Below are positions 58,860 to 62,308 of a DNA stretch of 62,308 bases, piece after piece. Source of the stretch: Collinsella sp. CAG:166 (GTDB lineage Bacteria > Actinomycetota > Coriobacteriia > Coriobacteriales > Coriobacteriaceae). Position 1 is the first letter of the stretch; each line of letters begins with the position of its first letter. The notes beneath the pieces are model-generated. The model worked only from the letters and a program-made list of their open reading frames with translations, had not been told where the DNA came from and did no database searches. The stretch spans positions 1-62,308 of the forward strand of contig FR878731.1 of NCBI GenBank assembly GCA_000434535.1, given 5' to 3'. A program made the position numbers and the translations under genes.

Positions 58860-59735
58860 CTACTCGGAAAGCTCAAAGCCGTACTTAGCCCAAATCTTCT
58901 GGGCCTTCTTGTTGGTCAGACAGAAGTCGATGAACGCCTTGGCCTCGTCGGCGTGCTCGGAGCTCTCGGCAACGGCACCCGGGTACACGATGGGTTTGTG
59001 CGAATCCTCGGGGCACACGAAGGCCTCCTCGATGCCGTCGTAGCGGAAAATGTCGGAGCTGTAGACAAAACCCGCCACGCAGTCGCCTGTAGAGACGTAA
59101 GACGCAGCGGTGCCGACCTTGTCGGCCAGGGCTACCTTGTCGGCGAGCTCGGGCGCGTACTCGCCGTCGTCGCCCTCGGTACCGGTATAGAGGCCCACGG
59201 AAGCCAGCGCCTGGTTGGCGTACTTGCCGGCGGGGACGGTCTTGGCGTCGCCGATGGCAATCTTACCGTCCAGATTCGCGACGTCGGCGATGGCCTCGAC
59301 CTTAGTATCGGAGCCCTCGGCGCGAATGATCACGAGGTCGTTGACGAACATGTCCTCACGCGTGTCGGCATCGACGAGCTCGGCGGCTTCGGCGTCGTCC
59401 ATGGTGCCCTTGGAGGCCGTGATGAGCACGTCGACGGCGGCACCGGCGCGCATCTGCTCGACAAGGTCGCCAGACGCCTTAAACTGCGTGTCGGCAAACG
59501 TGGTGCCGGTCTGCTCGGTGTAGAGCTCCTGAACCTCGGGCAGAGCTTTCTCGAGCGAGTTAGCAGCAAAGACCTGCAACTCGACAGCCTTCTTCTTAGA
59601 GGAAGACTTGACGGAGCCGGCATCGGAACCAGCGGGCTCGGACGTCTTGTTGCCCGAGCAGCCGGCAAGGCCAAGGCCGGCGGCAGCGGCAGCAGAAAGC
59701 GAGACAAAACCGCGGCGTGAAACCATATCGAACAT
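58860..59735 (-). CDS. modA: Molybdate-binding lipoprotein with Tat-like signal
   Basis: SRRGF...LAGC lipobox; VFAANSL, ASGDL, VPAGKYA, FVYSSD, PIVYP. Confidence 0.9.
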   Translation of the reverse strand: MFDMVSRRGFVSLSAAAAAGLGLAGCSGNKTSEPAGSDAGSVKSSSKKKAVELQVFAANSLEKALPEVQELYTEQTGTTFADTQFKASGDLVEQMRAGAAVDVLITASKGTMDDAEAAELVDADTREDMFVNDLVIIRAEGSDTKVEAIADVANLDGKIAIGDAKTVPAGKYANQALASVGLYTGTEGDDGEYAPELADKVALADKVGTAASYVSTGDCVAGFVYSSDIFRYDGIEEAFVCPEDSHKPIVYPGAVAESSEHADEAKAFIDFCLTNKKAQKIWAKYGFELSE

Positions 59736-59938
59736 ATTCAACCCTTTCGAACGCTATGCCCGGGCACCCCGCCGCAGGCTTTATTCTGTTACTAGATTAT
59801 ACTTTCGCGCGAATAATGATAATGAGAAATTATTCTCGCTAGAGAATATAGTTTCGAGTTGCCGTGCACCTCGGCGTCGCTTCGGCGGAAAACAAAGGCG
59901 GAGCAGCCGTTCAGGTCGCCCCGCCGCAGGTAAACCGC

Positions 59939-60418
59939 TTATTTGGTATGTCCGCCGCCCGCCGTCATTTGGGCCGCATGCTCCAGCTGATCGCTCACGG
60001 CCTCCCAGCTTTCGCGGGCCGCTTTCGTGGATCCCGGAAAGTTGATGACAAGCGTATGCCCACGCTGCATGCACACGGCGCGCGAGAGCATAGCGCGGCG
60101 CGTCTTGGTCATGGAGTACGCACGGATTGCCTCTGCAATACCCGGCACATCGCGGTCGCAGACGGCACGCGTCGCCTCGGGCGTCACGTCGCGCATCGAA
60201 AGTCCCGTGCCGCCACAGGTGAGGACGACGTTGGCGTGGCACTCATCGGCAGCTTCCACAATGGCATCACCGATCTCGCTGGCGTCGTCGCGCACGACCA
60301 CATGTGAGACGACCGTCCAGCCCTGCGCCTCGATAAGTTCCTCGAGTGCGGCTCCAGCCTCGTCCTGAGCAAGATCGCGCGTATCCGAGCACGTCACGAT
60401 CGAAATCTTCAACTCCAT
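59939..60418 (-). CDS. mog: Molybdopterin adenylyltransferase MogA/MoaB
   Basis: TCSD, TCGGTGLSMRDVTPEA, AMLSR, NFPGS. Confidence 0.88.
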   Translation of the reverse strand: MELKISIVTCSDTRDLAQDEAGAALEELIEAQGWTVVSHVVVRDDASEIGDAIVEAADECHANVVLTCGGTGLSMRDVTPEATRAVCDRDVPGIAEAIRAYSMTKTRRAMLSRAVCMQRGHTLVINFPGSTKAARESWEAVSDQLEHAAQMTAGGGHTK

Positions 60419-60428
60419 AGTCTTCCTC

Positions 60429-61691
60429 CTACAACACCGTGCCCTCGGGCAGGTCGACACGCACGACATCCACGACGTCGCCCGCCTTGAGCTCGCACGG
60501 TCCTTCGTCAATACGCAGCAGGCAGTTGGACCGCTGCATCGTGCCGAGCAGCGCCGAATTCTGCGTCTTGGCCTCGGTCACCAACAGCTCACTGGTCTCG
60601 GGGTCGCGCAAAACCGTGGCGCGATCGAAGAAGCGTCGGTCCTGGCGCTTTTTCACGCCGTGCGTGAGCGTCGCCTGCTGCACGGGACGCACGCCCTCGG
60701 CAAAGCCGCGCATCTTGCGAATCGCCGGACGGGCGAGCATCTCAAAGCCCACATACGCCGCGGCCGGATTGCCTGAAAGCCCTAGGTAGGGCTTGCCCCC
60801 GAGCAAGCCAAACGTGATAGCCTTGCCCGGACGCATCGAGATGCGATCGAACAGCACCACGCCCTCGCGCCGGACGAGCGCCGTCACGTAGTCGTAATCG
60901 CCCGCCGAGGCGCCGCCGCTCGTAATGACAAAATCGCACTCTCGCGTGGCGCGATGCACCAGCTCGCCAATCGCCTGCTCATCGTCGGGCGCAATACCGT
61001 AGAACACGGGCTCGGCGCCGGCATCGAGCGCCTCGGCCATCAGCGCCGAGGAGTTGGAATCGCGAATCTGCCCGCGCGCCGGCAGCTCACCCGGCGCGAC
61101 CAGCTCCGTGCCCAGCGAGATAATGCCCACGCGCGGAGCGGCATGGACCTTCACGCTCGCGTAACCGGCGCTTGCCAGCAGGCCGGCGCCGGCCGGAGCC
61201 ACGACCTCGCCGGCATGCATCACAACATCGCCGGCATGGGCCTCCTCGGCGGCAGAGCGAACGTTCTCCCCTACCTTGGCAGGCGCCGAGAAGCGAACGT
61301 GCGAGCCCTCGTTGCCGTCGCCATCGAGTACGTCGACGATCTCGTACTTCACCACGGCATCGGCACCTTCGGGCACCGGCGCGCCCGTCATGATGCGGAC
61401 GGTCTCGCCCGCGCCGATTGTGCCCTCAAAGACATGGCCCGCGGCCTCGTGTCCTACGACGGAGAGCGTCACCGGAGTGTCACCGGCGGCCGCAGCAAGA
61501 TCGGCTGCGCGCACGGCATACCCGTCCATGGCGCTGTTGGCAAACGGCGAGATGTCGATATCGGCCACCGCATCCTCGGCCAAGGGAAGACCGGCGGCCT
61601 GCCACACGGGAATCTCGACGAGATCGGTCGGAACAACGTGCGACAGAACAATCGACTGCGCGTCCTCCAGCGGAATGAGTTTCTCTGCCAT
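60429..61691 (-). CDS. moeA: Molybdopterin molybdenumtransferase
   Basis: FANSAMDGYA, IMTGAPVP, SGGASAGDYD, RPGK, LSGNP. Confidence 0.93.
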   Translation of the reverse strand: MAEKLIPLEDAQSIVLSHVVPTDLVEIPVWQAAGLPLAEDAVADIDISPFANSAMDGYAVRAADLAAAAGDTPVTLSVVGHEAAGHVFEGTIGAGETVRIMTGAPVPEGADAVVKYEIVDVLDGDGNEGSHVRFSAPAKVGENVRSAAEEAHAGDVVMHAGEVVAPAGAGLLASAGYASVKVHAAPRVGIISLGTELVAPGELPARGQIRDSNSSALMAEALDAGAEPVFYGIAPDDEQAIGELVHRATRECDFVITSGGASAGDYDYVTALVRREGVVLFDRISMRPGKAITFGLLGGKPYLGLSGNPAAAYVGFEMLARPAIRKMRGFAEGVRPVQQATLTHGVKKRQDRRFFDRATVLRDPETSELLVTEAKTQNSALLGTMQRSNCLLRIDEGPCELKAGDVVDVVRVDLPEGTVL

Positions 61692-61901
61692 ATGCACCTC
61701 TTAATGCCACGGCGCACAACAGAGGCGCCGATTCTTTATGCTTGTCTCAGTATAATCCCCCGATGCACGGCCGCGACTCGGTCTGTACCCGCAAATACAC
61801 CTGTCGGTTGCAGGCCGCGAAACAGAATGGAAACCAACCCACCGGCTCGTCGCGTTTACCGCGTTTTATAATGCTTGCGTTGCAACCTAAAAGAGGAACG
61901 T

Positions 61902-62308
61902 ATGGCTCATAACGACAAAACCGAAAGCGCAAACGAAACGCAGGATCATTCCCAGCCGCTCGACGACGGCGGCTTTTTCTCCCTGAACGACGTCATCACG
62001 GCAGGCAGGCATCAGATCACCCGCTCCGAGCATCTCTTAGCTGCCGACACGCGCCGCAATGTCCGCAACCTACTCGCAAGCGCCAAGTTGCTCGCACTCG
62101 TCGTCATCGTCTCGCTCGCCATGGGCGTTGCCGCTTGGGCGTTTTTGGCCTCGCTGAGTATCGCGACCGACTATCGCGAGCACCATGCATGGATTTACGC
62201 GCTGCTTCCCGTTGTGGGCATGGCCACCGCATGGGTGTACAAAAACCACGGCCTTGCCGCCAAACGAGGCAACAACCTGGTCATCGACTCCGCTCTGGGC
62301 ACACGTCT
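61902..62308 (+). CDS. CLC-family channel, CLC-F fluoride exporter type (partial, runs off window)
   Basis: AGAGG RBS, ATG 61902; open frame ...AWIYALLPVVGMATAWVYKNHG..KRGNNLVID with the GNNL(I/V) CLC-F signature. Confidence 0.75.
   Translation, partial: MAHNDKTESANETQDHSQPLDDGGFFSLNDVITAGRHQITRSEHLLAADTRRNVRNLLASAKLLALVVIVSLAMGVAAWAFLASLSIATDYREHHAWIYALLPVVGMATAWVYKNHGLAAKRGNNLVIDSALGTR

Noticed and set aside
59740..59940. Moco riboswitch upstream of modA (or of moeA)
   Set aside because: Could not match the conserved Moco RNA elements by eye.

Overview
High-GC (~60%) chromosomal window from an anaerobic actinobacterium; gene content suggests Coriobacteriia, probably Collinsella (inference). 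Left end (1-1.5 kb): a decayed prophage/ICE switch, with rhuM cut by an IS21-like end, an XRE repressor, three operators and a frameshifted cro-like gene. Next come a GlpA-like oxidoreductase triad, an Xaa-Pro peptidase, folC, valS, clpX-clpP-tig and tRNA-Leu. From ~15.5 to 61.7 kb is a large Se/Mo/Ni metabolism region. It holds an XdhD/YgfM-like Mo hydroxylase, gdhA, mobA, selC-selB-selA, an orphan molybdopterin oxidoreductase and a complete formate hydrogenlyase-2 operon (hydN-fdhF[Sec140]-hyfABCDEFGHIJ-hycI-focA). It continues with a RelB/PIN pair, an AbiEi/DUF559-like gene between palindromic repeats, tRNA-Gly/Pro and brnQ. It then has an 8-gene selenium operon (two double-cubane-type reductases, ATPase activator, GT4 glycosyltransferase, Sec-containing selD, yedF, DUF3343, PLP Cys/Sec lyase), followed by modABC, mog and moeA. 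A CLC-F fluoride exporter runs off the right end. Best candidates for new biology: the selenium operon itself, and an unannotated leader ORF with an in-frame UGA in front of it (possible Sec-sensing attenuator). Also notable are a tRNA-Sec with C33 and several families of covarying palindromic intergenic repeats. All product calls come from motif recognition by eye, not database searches.
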